Positions 48,176 through 60,383 of a stretch of 64,000 bases of DNA are shown piece after piece. Each line of letters opens with the position of its first letter. Position 1 is the first letter of the stretch. The DNA lies in NCBI GenBank assembly GCA_002269645.1, contig NIVC01000558.1, positions 434,001 to 498,000 of the forward strand. Reading direction: 5' to 3'. The stretch is from Macrostomum lignano. Taxonomy: Eukaryota. The position numbers were made by a program, and so were the translations under genes. Under the pieces are notes generated by a model. It had not been told where the DNA came from and made no database searches. It was given only the letters and a program-made list of their open reading frames with translations.

Positions 48176-51100
48176 ATGGCTAAACGCAGCGCCAACGCAA
48201 CTGCTTTCCTGGCTGACAAGAGGCAACGTCTTTATGGTAAGTTTTAATTAATTTCTGTCTAGACTGTAGTTGCTAGGGTGGGGGTAGGGGCTGAGCAGCA
48301 GCAGCAGCTGCAGGGTCTGTGGGACCGCAGAGTAAACAACAAAGACTGCTGCGACAGCTGCAGGGGTCTAGACTGGAGTTGCTAGGGTGGGGTGCTGCGG
48401 CAGGGTCTGTAACAGAGAGTTGCAGGGGAGGGCTAGACAAGTTTCAGCCGGGTGTGTGCTGATAAGAAATTGCTGCTAGGGGGGTGTTGTCCAGACAGGC
48501 TGCAGCTGGGGTGCAAATTGCTGCGACAGAGAGTTGCAGGGGTGAGTAAACAAAGACTGGGGTGGGGGGGTTGTCTAGACAGGGAGGGGTGTGCTGATAA
48601 GAAATTGCTGCAAAAACAGACAGTTGCTAGGGTGCTGCGGCAGATAAGAAATTGCTGCAGAATCGTTGGGGCAGGCTAGACAAGTTACAGCCAGGTGGGG
48701 GCAGAGAGTTGCTGGGACTGTGTAGCGCGGGGACAGACTGATAAGAAATTGGCAGGGGCGCTACCCAGACAGGCTGCAGCTAGGTGCAAATTGCTGCGAC
48801 AGAGAGTTGCAGGGGTGAGTAAACAAAGACTGCTGCGACAGGCTGCAGCGGGGGTGCAGATAAGAAATTGCAGAGAGTTGCTGCGGGGACAGCAGAGTAA
48901 ACTCTGTTAAGAAATTGCTGGGGCTAGGGCGGGGAAACACGCTGGGGCCAGGAAAATGACAGATTCTTCTGGTTTTTTATCTCCTTGTGTTTTTTCAGAC
49001 GCGTTTGTCCCGCCAACACAGCCGGAATCTGTTACCGGACCGGGTGAGTTATCCAGCCCCCCATTTCCCACACAGACCCTAGCTGACTCACACTCCCCCA
49101 TTCCCCCCATGCAGGTTTTACGGCCAGGCTGGATAATCAGCGTGACCTGCCCAAGTTTAGGGCAAAGGGTGTCGAGTATGTGGTGCATATTACCAACACC
49201 GAAGATTTGCGGGAGGTGTTTGCTGACATGCTCGAAGTTTTCAAGCAAGATTTGGCTGGTGATGACTTTATGGCCGCGAAATTCGAGAGCGATAACATGC
49301 TCAAAGCGGCTCATACTCCCCCGGTGCGTGCAGCCCGCATGACAGCAGAGTTGTTGTTTAAGCACATTGACAAGATTGTACAGTCGGATGCCACTGTCCT
49401 GACGGGCAACTTTTCTATCCGGTTGCTAAAGGCCTGGGTGCCTCGAGGTGGATGTGCTCTCGAGAACAAGCATCTAGAAGAGCGGCACGCCTTCTCCCGG
49501 CACTATGTCCGCATCAACAACACGGACAAGAGATGCTTGCTGCGCGCTCTGGTCGTGGCCTGCGCCTACCTGCAATTCGTGGCCAAGTCCATCACCAAGC
49601 GGGTGTGGCACACAATCAAGGCCAATTCGCCCACGCAGACTAAGCTGGTGGCTGAGCTACAAATCGAAGCTGGCCTCTACACGGTAAGTTGTGTACCGAT
49701 AAGAATTTTTACACAGTATCGTGGAATACTAAAATTTTCTGATAAGAATTTTTACGATAAGGAATACTAAAAGAATTTTTACACAGTATCATGGAGTACT
49801 AAAAGATATATTTTCTGATAAGAATTTTTACACAGTATCATGGAATACTAAAATTTTCTGATAAGAAATTTTACGATAAGGAATACTAAAAGAAATATTT
49901 TACCCTCCACACAGACTCTTCAAACCGTCTCGCAGGCTGGTCCTTTCGGCGTGGATGCACTGCCCGAAGCGATCCGTGCCCTGAACCGGCTGCATCCGGG
50001 CGCGATTTTGGTGTACGCGTGTACCGCGCAGAGGAGGCCAACAGGTGCATCTTCAACCTGCCTGGCACCGAGATTCTGCACCTACACCTGGTCGAGCAGC
50101 ACTTTAATGTGGTTACCAAGCTGCCTGCGTTTTTCGGCAGCCACCACTACTGCCCCAAGTGCGAGATGGCCTATGATAGCGAACCCGCCAAGCACAAGTG
50201 CGCTGATGCCTGCAGTACATGCAAGACTCCGGGCTCCAACTGTAAGGCAAACCGCGCATATGTAAGATGCCATGATTGCGGGCTAAATTGCTATAATGCT
50301 CAGTGCCTAGAAAATCACAAGCGCAAGAATAAGGCCGGCAGATCGCGCTGTGATTCGGTCCACGTTTGCGACACGTGTGGCTATCTAGAAGAACTAAAAG
50401 TAGGCCAGCCCCCTGAGCATCAGTGTGGTTACGCCAAGTGCCCAGTCTGCAAGCAGTACGACGAAACTGCCACCCACGAGTGCTTTGTCACCCCGCCCAA
50501 AGCCAAAGAGTCTAGCGCCCCGTATGTTTACTATGATTTCGAGACGTACGTGGACTCTGGCAAGCAGCACCGGGTACACTTGGTTACGGCTGCCACCTCC
50601 TGCGAGGCGTGTCCCAAACTCTTCCCCAGGCCCCGCTGCAGCGCGTGCGGGGGACTACACAGCTCAGCCAATTGCATTGCGGGACGCGATTTGGCACTCG
50701 ATTTCACGAGCTGTGTCTCGCACAATGACTGTGCCTGTGGGATGCGAGAGTTTGTATCTGTCGGGCCGCACTCTATCGATGCCTTTTACTGCTGGCTGAC
50801 TAGTGTGTTCAAGCAGGGGGCAATTGCTATTGCGCACAATGGCTCTGCGTATGACGCATTCCTCCTGCTCGGCGCCCTACTCAACGGACTGGCCAAGAAG
50901 AAGCCGCAAGTGATCTTCCAGAACAGCCGCCTAATGTATATGAAGTGCGACAAGATCACCTTCAAGGACAGCCTCAATTTCATCCCTATTGGTCTGGCGC
51001 AATTCCCAAAGGCGCTTGGTTTGGGCACCCAACTGACCAAAGGAGATTTCCCGCACGTCTTCAATCAGCCTCAAAATTGGGGGTACGTCGGTCCCTACTG

Positions 51101-53275
51101 CTCAATTGATATGTACGGCGGGAAGAAGAATAAGCAGCATGACTCCATCGCCGACTGGCTGGCCAAGCAGGAGGGACAGGTGTTTAATTTTAATAAGGAG
51201 TACCTGGACTACTGCCTGCAGGACACGTTAATTTTGCGGGAAGGCTGCCTGAAATATGCCCGCCTGATTAAGGACATTTGCGGACTGGACGCATTTGTTC
51301 AATCCAACACCATTGCGGGCTTGGCCATGTCGGTATTCACCACCAAGTTTATGGAGCCCAACACTCTTGGGGTGATTTCCCGCCGGTCCGATGTACAGTC
51401 GCACAAGGCGCGGTGCTGGCTGGCACATTTAAATGCAACCGAGTTTGGCGGCCGGTTGCGGACAGCCGATTCTGGCGGCGAGGCTTTCGCCATGGGCCGT
51501 AAGGTCGACGGCTTCGACCCAGAGACCAGGACAGTGCTGCAGTTTCATGGCTGTTTCTTCCATGGCTGTCCCAAGTGCTTCCCCAACGGCGACGTGCTGC
51601 ACCCGCTCAAGAACCAGCCAATGCGGGCAATTTATGAAGAGACGAGCGCTTCACCCGGCTGCTCTCCACTGCATACAATGTGCGTGTTCTGTGGGAGCAC
51701 GACTATCAGGACGAGGGAGCGCCAGTCCAGCAGCCTATTCGCCTGGAGGAAGCCCTGTTTGGCGGCCGTACCGAGGCTTTTGTCCCGCACGCCGAGGCCA
51801 CCGAGACTGTAGAGCTGCGCTATCGGGATGTGGTAAGTTTGTACACTTGTACACACACAGTTGACATGCGTTTGAGTTTATCTTATCCTTATCCCCTAGG
51901 TGTCGCTCTACCCGACTGTCAACAAGTTTGACAAGTACCCGGTCGGGCACCCGGTACACCACCCCGAGCCTCATCTACTGGATGAGCTGCAGCTGGCCCG
52001 GTATTTTGGCATCGCCGAGGTGTCGATTCTGCCGCCAACCAATCTCCACATCCCGCTACTGCCCGCCAAGATTAACAAGAAGTTGGTTTTCGGCCTCTGC
52101 CGCGTCTGCATGGAGACCCAGTGCAGCAGCGAGTGTACACACACTGACGCTGAGAGAATGCTCCGCGGCACGTGGTCGACCCCAGAGCTCCACAAGGCCC
52201 TGCAGTTGGGTTACAAGCTGCAGTCAGTTCATGCCCTGGCCTATTGGACCGAGACTCGCACGGGTCTGTTTGCAGATTATGTAAACACTTTTTTAAAGCT
52301 CAAAGCCGAGTCTAGCGGTTCGCCAGGGATGACTGAGGGCGCCAAGGCTGCCTACATGGCCAGCTTTTTCGAGCGCGAGGGCGTCCGGCTGGAAAAGGTG
52401 GAGGAGAATCCTGGCTTGCGCTTTGTGGCCAAGATTTTTCTAAACTCGTAAGTTTTTTCTACTTGCAGTGGGGGCCGTGTTTTTCTACTTACAAAAAAAA
52501 ATTTATTTTTCCCTGCAGGCTCTGGGGCAAATTCTGCCAGCGCGACGACCTGACCTCCACAGAGATTGTGGACAGCTACGAGGCGTGGCTGCAGCGCCTG
52601 ACCGACCCCTCGATCAAGGTCAAGTCGTGCGAGCCAATTGGGGAGAGCTTCATGATGCTCGAGTACAAGCCCCGATTTGGCGGTGCTGGCGAGCGGGCGT
52701 TCAAGTACGCTAATGTACCTATTGGCGTTTTCACCACCTCCCACGCCCGGCTGCGACTCTACGAGGCTCTGGAGGGCCTAGGAACCCGCGTCATTTACGC
52801 CGATACCGATTCGTAAGTAATTTTTCCACTGTCTCTGTCTCTCTTTCTCCCCTTAACACTTTATTCTCCTCCTTCTCCCAGGGTTGTATACCGCTGCTCC
52901 CCGGGCGAGTACGAGCCTCCGGGCGGTTCGAGTTTGGGGCAGTGGACTGACGAGGTACCTGCTGGCTGCCGCATGGTACAGTTCACCACGGGAGGCCCCA
53001 AGCTCTACCGGTACTTAGTGGAGAAGCCCGACGGGTCGCTGTACTCGGTGCTCAAGTGCAAGGGCATCAGAGTCACCCCCGAGATTTCCGAGCGCGAGGA
53101 CGAGCTGCAGGAAATTCTGCGCCACGGCGGGACTGTACGCCTGCCCCAGGCCCAGTTCAGGCGCGATAAGGCCAGCTGTACAATCCGGACCCTCGAGATG
53201 GACAAGACTTTCCAGCGAGTAATGACTAAGAGGGTGTATGGGGCCGCCAGCCGTCCGTATGGCTTTCGTGAGTGA
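48176..53275 (+). CDS. pPolB: Protein-primed family B DNA polymerase (Polinton type), ~1,270 aa. Exons 48176-48236, 48999-49043, 49115-49683, 49936-51832, 51900-52447, 52519-52812, 52882-53275; two frameshifts in exon 4 (~50015 and ~51644)
   Basis: ExoI YYDFET, ExoII AHNGSAYD, FKDSLNF, KGDFPH, ExoIII YCLQD, GGRTE, motif A DVVSLYP, motif B KIFLNSLWGKF, motif C YADTDS, LGQWTDE, GPKLY, terminal PYGF; all six introns are GT-AG and phase-compatible. Confidence 0.92.
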
Positions 53276-53629
53276 GTGAAAGATAAGGATCTGTCTTTGC
53301 ACGCCTGGGATTCCCCTATGTGCCCACTTGGGATCCCTTGACTCGTGGGGATGAAAATGGTTTTACGCCCGCACTGTACTTAGGGGTCCTTACTCATTTG
53401 GCGCCTCCACTGTACATTGAGCGGGATCCCCTCAAGTGTTAAAACTCCCATTTGACACCTATTCCCTCGGGGCGGTTTGTGGCCCAGCGGTCCGCCTCTT
53501 GGAGTAGAACTCCTGACATGAACTTGCTGCGCTGATTAGCGTACTGATAGCGCAATCGAAATACGTCCATTTTTCTAGCCCACTTGTGGGTTTAATTGTG
53601 TTGAAAGTATATCGGGTCATTAGGCCGTG

Positions 53630-54550
53630 AACCTCCCTTTTGGGATTTCCCCGAACCGCTTTTGTTTAAAATTTTTATGCACCTGCGGGTTAGACAATAT
53701 TTACTCTTTAGTCGGTGTGACATTATTTACGCGTCTGTTGCACCTGGGCGTTTGCCTATAATCTGATTATACATGCGCACCTGCATTATACAACTACGCC
53801 TTATGCATGCCTTGTAAACCCGCTTTATACATTAATCCGATATGTATCGAAAGTACACTTTGTAAACCTGCTGTGTGTGTGTGTATTTCCACCTATGTAG
53901 CGCCTACAGTACCTGCTTTGTCTATTTCTGCCCATACACCTACATTGTGTGTTTTTGCTGCTCATATGCTCCAATATGTACATTTTAATATGCAATATGC
54001 GTCATTATTCACCTACCAATATGTTTTATCTACATTTTTATGTAAATATACTCAATTTCACCTACTATAAGTAGTTTTCACTAGCCTAATATCGTTGACT
54101 ACATATCGGGAGAGTGGTAGAGTGTACATATCGGTAGAGTGTACACTCGGGGTGCCTGCGGCTCGGTAGAGTGTACACTCGGGGTGCCTGTGGCTCGGTA
54201 GAGTGTACACTCGGGGTGCCTGCGGCTCGGTAGAGTGTACACTCGGGGTGCCTGCGGCATGGGCGCCTGCGGCTCGGGAGGGTGCGCTTGGGATCTGATT
54301 GATTTGGGATCTGATTGATTTATTGGGATCTAATATCGGTAGGTGCGCCTGCGGCTGGGGAGGGTCGCCGGTGGCTGGGGAGGGTCGCCTGCGGCGCTTG
54401 GCGCCACGCGCCTGCGGCGCGCGCGCGCCGAGCGCCGATATCGATACGGGTATCGATCACCTAGTGATCGGGGCGCCAGCCAATGAGAGGCGAGGAGGGT
54501 TGACACCCACCTCACCTCCAAAATCGCGCCATACGGGTTCATATAGTAGT
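53630..54550 (-). repeat. Right terminal inverted repeat (921 bp), ends CGGGTTCATATAGTAGT
   Basis: Mirror of 45036-45956. Confidence 0.95.
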
Positions 54551-56369
54551 CATGAGGGACTCTGACAGTTCTAATTAGTTTTTAATAGCTCTAATAAATT
54601 AACTCGACATGCTGGTTGTGCCAAAACACGGGGCCATCATTTAATTGCTCTATAGCTCTAGGTAAGTCTAGGAGTCTGAATTGAATTACGAGGTATTTTC
54701 ACTTGACGACCGTCCAAGTCAACAAATCCGACTAAGTGATCGACTTTTTAATTTATTAGATGCTGTTTATTTCAGTTTAATTGCGACAACTCAACCAGTT
54801 TGGATAATTATTCTGTAGCTGGTTTTATTAACAAATTCTCCCTTGCTTCAACACTCTGCCTTTTGCCATTGAAAATATGAAATCAAAGGTCGAAAAACAG
54901 ACCTAAGGCAAGGGCTACTAAAGTAGAAGGACGCCACACTCGAAATCTATGAAAAAATGTTTTGAAGGCCATTTTTCTCCGAAAAATACACTAAGGAGAT
55001 AGAAAGTTTTAATTTTTGTCAGCACAAAATTGCTAATTGCTTTCGATAGTTCATATTTTGATATGTTGTGCCTTTTTCATAGCTCTATTGATATTCATAA
55101 AGCTTTTCGTTAAAAAAAATAGAACTCTGTGTCAATTTTTTATTTAATGTACATTTCCTTTCACCTAAAAATCATAAAAATGCGTGGCACAGCTCGAATC
55201 TAGAATCCTAATTTTCTGAACGTAAAGCTTTATGAATGTCAATAGAGCTAAGTAAGGCACAGCATATAAAAAAAATAAACACTGGGTCTGTCTCCTATCG
55301 AAAGCAATAACGAATTTTGTGCTGAAAAAATGAAAGCTTCCTATCTCCGTAGTGTATTTTTCGGCGAAAATAGGCCTTCAAAACTTTTCCCATGAAACGT
55401 GAGTGTCGCGTCCTGTACATACGTTGCTTTAGTTGTCATTGACCTAAGGTATAGCGACACAATGCCAGATTCTTGACTGATTGCAACCATAAGCCATAAG
55501 TCAGTTCTCAAAAGCCGATCAGCTGCAGAAGCCGCTATCAGCCAATTGAGCCCATTTATAGCCCAGCTCTTCGAGTTGGTGTCGGTGCCCGTTCCAGAGC
55601 CAGTCCAAACAGAGCCACAAGGCAACTGCCACTCGCTCCTCCTGGGGGTCAGTGGACTGAAGCAAAACGAGTGTGAAAGCGGTTTTTACAAATCGAAGGT
55701 TATATGTATGAATTATGAGTTCTTGGCTCACAGAATCAATGCATGAGGCCGCCGAGGGTTCTGTCTGTTCATCCTGGTTCCTCTTTGTGCGTTGAGTATC
55801 GGAGGACCTGATCAGGAGTCAATTTGACTGTTCCTTAAGGACTCTGATGGTGATTCTTGTAGTGCTAATTAACTCTGCTTAGCTTTAAAAAAGTCGTCCA
55901 GTCTAGATTCTGAGTACTCTGCATTCGTATCTATCAGATAGATTGGGGGTGTTGTAGTTGAGCGGAGAATGTCTACAGTCAAGTCTGTTTTCGATTCTGA
56001 GACAGCTGCCAGAGGGTTGAGCCATAGACTAAGTTTCATGAGAAGAAGATCTTGTAGATGTCCTTGGAAGACAGTGAAAGATAATTAGACGTTTTCACTT
56101 TAATCTAATGAGGGACGATACAGAGTTTTGTTTACAAAGCACTCTGATCTGCTTACTACGTCCATGCAGATAATCTTTCTACCAACTTTTTATATTTGTC
56201 AAGATTATAGATGAGTATGGGAAATTCGAGACTAAATTTTATTTATTGATTCCCTGAAAAATTATTGTTCACGTCTCATTTTCTTGTAATAGAAGTTCGG
56301 TTTATTCACACTACTCAGACTCAAAAGCTTTCCTTACTAACAAACTGTGTAACCACACTGTGTACTCAC

Positions 56370-56740
56370 TGAGGTTTAAAGCCTTCCTCTTTCTTGCACG
56401 GCTGCAGGCACTCTCGCAGCACAAGCCACTGAGCCAGACGAACGGCTACCAGCAACGGTAGACGCCTCATCTCCGTTCTACTCAGAGGCAACTCAGACAA
56501 AAATCCTCGGATTAGCGGTCCAACCACGGATCGAAACGGATCTACGATTGCCGGCGAGTGAGCACTCGACAGTTGGAGAAGCCTTCTACTGGCCAGCACG
56601 ACTAGCAGAGCCAAGTCGAAGGACCCCCGTCCGGAGACGGACTGCAGCCACGGTCGGACTGTCTCCGCGCTCTCGATTGTGGCAGACGGTTTGGTGATGT
56701 TGTCAACACGTGGGTACTGCCACATGCCTGCTGCGTCCTC
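56370..56740 (-). CDS. Probable exon, weakly resembling the C-lobe of hydroxylysine kinase / aminoglycoside-phosphotransferase-like proteins
   Basis: Pyrimidine-rich AG acceptor near 56742 and GTGAGT donor at 56369. FDLAL...LIRGFLSELPLSRTEMRRLPLLVAVRLAQWLV resembles HYKK by eye, but the catalytic DFGD motif is not seen. Confidence 0.3.
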
Positions 56741-59176
56741 TGGAGTGAGAGAAGAATCAATTTTAGACTACGAGATACGATGAGCTATGGATTTTGAGAC
56801 TATAAAATGATATTTTAACTGAATTTGTTAGAGTGTACTCTTTCATCCTTATGATGAGGACGCACTTTTTCCCAAATCCCGCGCTAGCACATGGGCTCTA
56901 AACTTACTAGCCTACTGACAGCAGGCTAAGGGCATTTTTATCCTTTTTCTGCGAATTTTCATAGAATCTATACTAGATATAATGTCTGGTCATACTAGTA
57001 GTCATAATAACATAGGCGCAGCTTTTTGGGTCATAAATCATCGCTTTCGAAGCTGGTCTGACAGCCACCTGCGCTTCACTCAGTGTTGAGGCGGGCGCCA
57101 GATGTCTGAGAGGATGCGGGCGGTAGCTTTTTTCTCATCATTTTGACAGGCCATCAAGATTTATGAGGTCAGAGCCTATTGTTCGTGTTCACTCAAGCGT
57201 GTGACAGCTTTGACAGCTATGCGTTTTACCCCTAAAAGTACTTTGGGATTAGCGATTAGCGATTTCTCTTCATTATCTTCACTTTCTATTTAATAAGAGC
57301 TTTCTAATGTATATTTTTTCATTAATTTCTGTCAATCCTACGCGAAAAGTCATAAATCATTTTGTTGCGATTTTGAGTGATTTATGGCCGCACCTGTCAT
57401 CTTTTTACGACCCTGTGGAAACTGATAGGATCTTTCGGTCACGTGATTCTGGGTAGCAACAAGCTTAGCCAATCAGAAAATTCGGCGCTCATTTTAACAA
57501 AACGGCTCAGCCAATCAGAATCGACGTGTTCCATTATAACAAACTGCGGTCCAGTTGGCGGCTATTTAAACCGGTGTTTTTGGCCCGCTCGGACCGGTAC
57601 CTGTTCCGACTCTGGCCTGGTTCCTACTCCACCGGCCCGGAACTGACCGTCGTTTCTTGATCCCCGGATTGCGACTTCCCCCATCATCATCAAGGACGAG
57701 TCCCCGGTCATCAGCAGCGAACATCAAGTTAAGAGCATCACCTGCTAGCTAACAGCGAAGATTGTGACAGCATCATCCCGAGTCTACAGCTGCAGAGCAT
57801 CGAGCCGATTCGGTCACTGTGGATTACCTGGTCTCCGGCTGTTGAGTTTCTGATTGGTTGGGTGAGAGGCTACCTAGACAATTGCTTGATTGGGTGATCC
57901 CTTTTCTGTCCCCTGTTGCAGTAGCTGAATTAGGCGCACACTTTTGCTCATTTTGTTCAGCAGTGCTGTTGCTGAGGCAGAAATCATTCAATAATACTGC
58001 TAGTAGTCTAAGACTCTAATTCAATCTGAAGTGTGAAGTGAACTAAGGATAATGTTAAATCTAACAGTTATTTTTATCGGTTTTATTTCTTTGTTCGCCG
58101 ATGGCTCAGATGAGTAGCTAAGCTAGTAGGCGCCGGTCATAGTGGACCAATGGCAAGGCAGTTCTCAGTCGACCAATCTATCAAATCAGTGAGCAAAACT
58201 GCCAGAAGTGCAGAATCGGCGCCAGAGATGTACTTTGTGCACTCTAGGGTAGCCAAGCGGCTCGGGTAAATGAATCATGCGGTCTCTGAAGTTCGAGTTA
58301 GTCTATCATCAGCGCTATGAGAGGCTAGTTGGCGCGTTGAAGGCCAAAAGTACATATCTTCGTATTTAGCAATGTAATAGTACATGCAGCTACCCCATAG
58401 ACTCGCCACCGCAAGAATCCCCTGCACAAGTCCCCTCTGTACCTGCATGGCCAATGCGATCTAGTCCCAGCAGTGTCCGTTATCATCGGCTATGACTTCG
58501 AGATTGACAGCAAAAAGACACTAGTTGGCAGGTAAGTGCAAAGCCCCTTCTAGTCGGAAGCCCGATTTCGAGAGTCCCGGTGTGGTGAGCCAGGGCGCAC
58601 GGGCTGGTGGCAGCAAGTTAGTTGATCTGCGGATTAGCTAATTTCTTCTTTCAAAATTCTCCCTGCTCGTCTCTCGCTGTCCCTCTCTTAGCTATAGGAC
58701 CTAGACTGCTGGCCACACGATCAAGCTACCATGGGGCTGACCATCTGACAGGAGTAGGGGGCCAGGACTCTAATTGATTTATTTCTGAGCCTGAGGCCCG
58801 AAGGCTTCCCTAACAAGGAGCCCGAAGGTCGAAACCCATCACTTAAATAAAATTAGCTTATTTACAATAAATTTGTTCAAATGATTATAGCTATCCAGTT
58901 TGCATGGGTAGTAGTACCGGATCCTGTAGACCAGATTTCCAAACATGTTGGCCCTGAAATGCGACGCTTCCACGACACTGGCTAGTCAACAATTCAATGC
59001 ACGCAAGAAGCAACCTATTATAAAGTTCATCCTGTCACTAAATTACAAGTAAAGGATGGATGTCTTAGAATAGCATACTCGTAGAGTTAATCATTGTTAA
59101 AAAGCTATTAAAAGTACAGTGAAAGTGTAATTATTACTCAAATCAAAACTAAATACATTAATTGATTACACCTGGC

Positions 59177-59345
59177 CTAATGGGCAGATGTGCACCAACA
59201 GCTCAGCCGCAGCTATTGTGTGGCGCATCTGAAGGCAGAGTTAAGTGTCTTGCTCAAGGACACAAATTGTTCCAGTGAGATCGGAAATCGAACTCCCGAC
59301 CTTCAACTCGTGAGTGCGACGCTTTGACCCCTGGGCTGCAACCCC
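59177..59345 (-). mobile_element. SINE copy D (internally deleted)
   Basis: tRNA-like head plus GTGTCCTTGAGCAAGACACTTAACTC joined directly to the 3' body. Confidence 0.8.
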
Positions 59346-60383
59346 CGTAGGCTACAATCCCGAATGTACACGTACTTCCGTTTTTTGTATTTAAACAAAT
59401 TTACTGTAAAATAAGCTATTTTAATTTTAGGATGAAATACTATAGGCTTCGCCCCCCCTTCATGACTCAGTCTTTAAACATAACGAAAATATTCTGGTTT
59501 CTGATCATATCTCTTTACTGTTCAAAGCAACAGGCCGGGAGTTCAGATTTTTGCTGCTGAACTCTCTGATTGCTGACGAAAGCAAGCCTGAGGAGGCTCT
59601 GGGAGGATACTGGGAAGATCCTCACAGCGTGCCCAGCGGCAGGCTTTAACTCAGAACTGAAGAAAAGGTATAAGGCTGTTGGCTAAGGTGAGGCACTTTA
59701 TCTAAAATTTCAGAGGGACAGCGTCAGCATCTCAAAACCAGAGCCCGTTACCCCCTTCCCTCTCTTGAGCCCCTATTTCACAGTGCCTGCCAAGCAGTCC
59801 TTAGAGAAACGCGAATGTGAGCGTAAATTTGTCTTAAGAATCTCAAATCTAATGAAATTCTAACATCGGATGATGACGTGAGAAGTAAATAGTGTGGCAG
59901 GAAAAAGCAACAGAGAATGCAATGAAAAAATCTGCACCGCTTTTGCTAACGAAAGCAGCAGAAAAAGCAGACAGTTGAGACTGAAAAACTCTAACAATGA
60001 GACGCTGACGGATTAAAAAAAATTGCAAAATTCACGCAGAAATGCATTTGAACAATCCGAGCGCTGCACTGGGATTCTACGCGTGAAGGAGCAGCCACTG
60101 GCAGCAACCCAGCCTCCCAAAGGCATCGCACAGTAAACCGTTTTCTCTGTCGCTATGGCAACACGACGCTGAATTCAGCGCAGACAGCAACAGAAAGACA
60201 ACAAAGAAGACAACAAAGCTTCATCGGGAACGACTGGCTCGACTCTGCGCCCCGCGCTGCCATCGCAACGCCCGCCACCCCAAATGGGGAGTTGGGAAAC
60301 TGCATAAAAGCCGCAGTCGTGCAGCAGGCGAGAGACACAAAAGCGACAAGCACATCCCATCTCTGTAAGACTCTCCACAGACC

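Larger units (their letters stand above)
45036..54550. mobile_element. 9,515-bp reduced Polinton/Maverick-like element (pPolB + tandem PC4-like + orphan; no integrase or capsid found)
   Basis: 921-bp TIRs, 6-bp TSD CATGAG (45030-45035 and 54551-54556), protein-primed PolB. Confidence 0.9.

Noticed and set aside
45036-54550. Parvovirus/bidnavirus or prokaryotic pipolin/linear plasmid contamination
   Set aside because: No SF3/Rep or capsid gene; spliceosomal introns, TATA boxes and a TSD continuous with host DNA show a eukaryotic integrated element
58780-58845. Possible hammerhead/Penelope-like tail (CTGAG...CGAAAC)
   Set aside because: The CUGANGA core and required stems could not be assembled
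60153-60224. Signal-peptide-like MKLCCLLCCLSVAVCAEFSVV on the minus strand, divergent from the WSC gene
   Set aside because: Stops after 23 codons and no WSC pattern is recoverable in any frame; possibly a decayed paralog but unsupported
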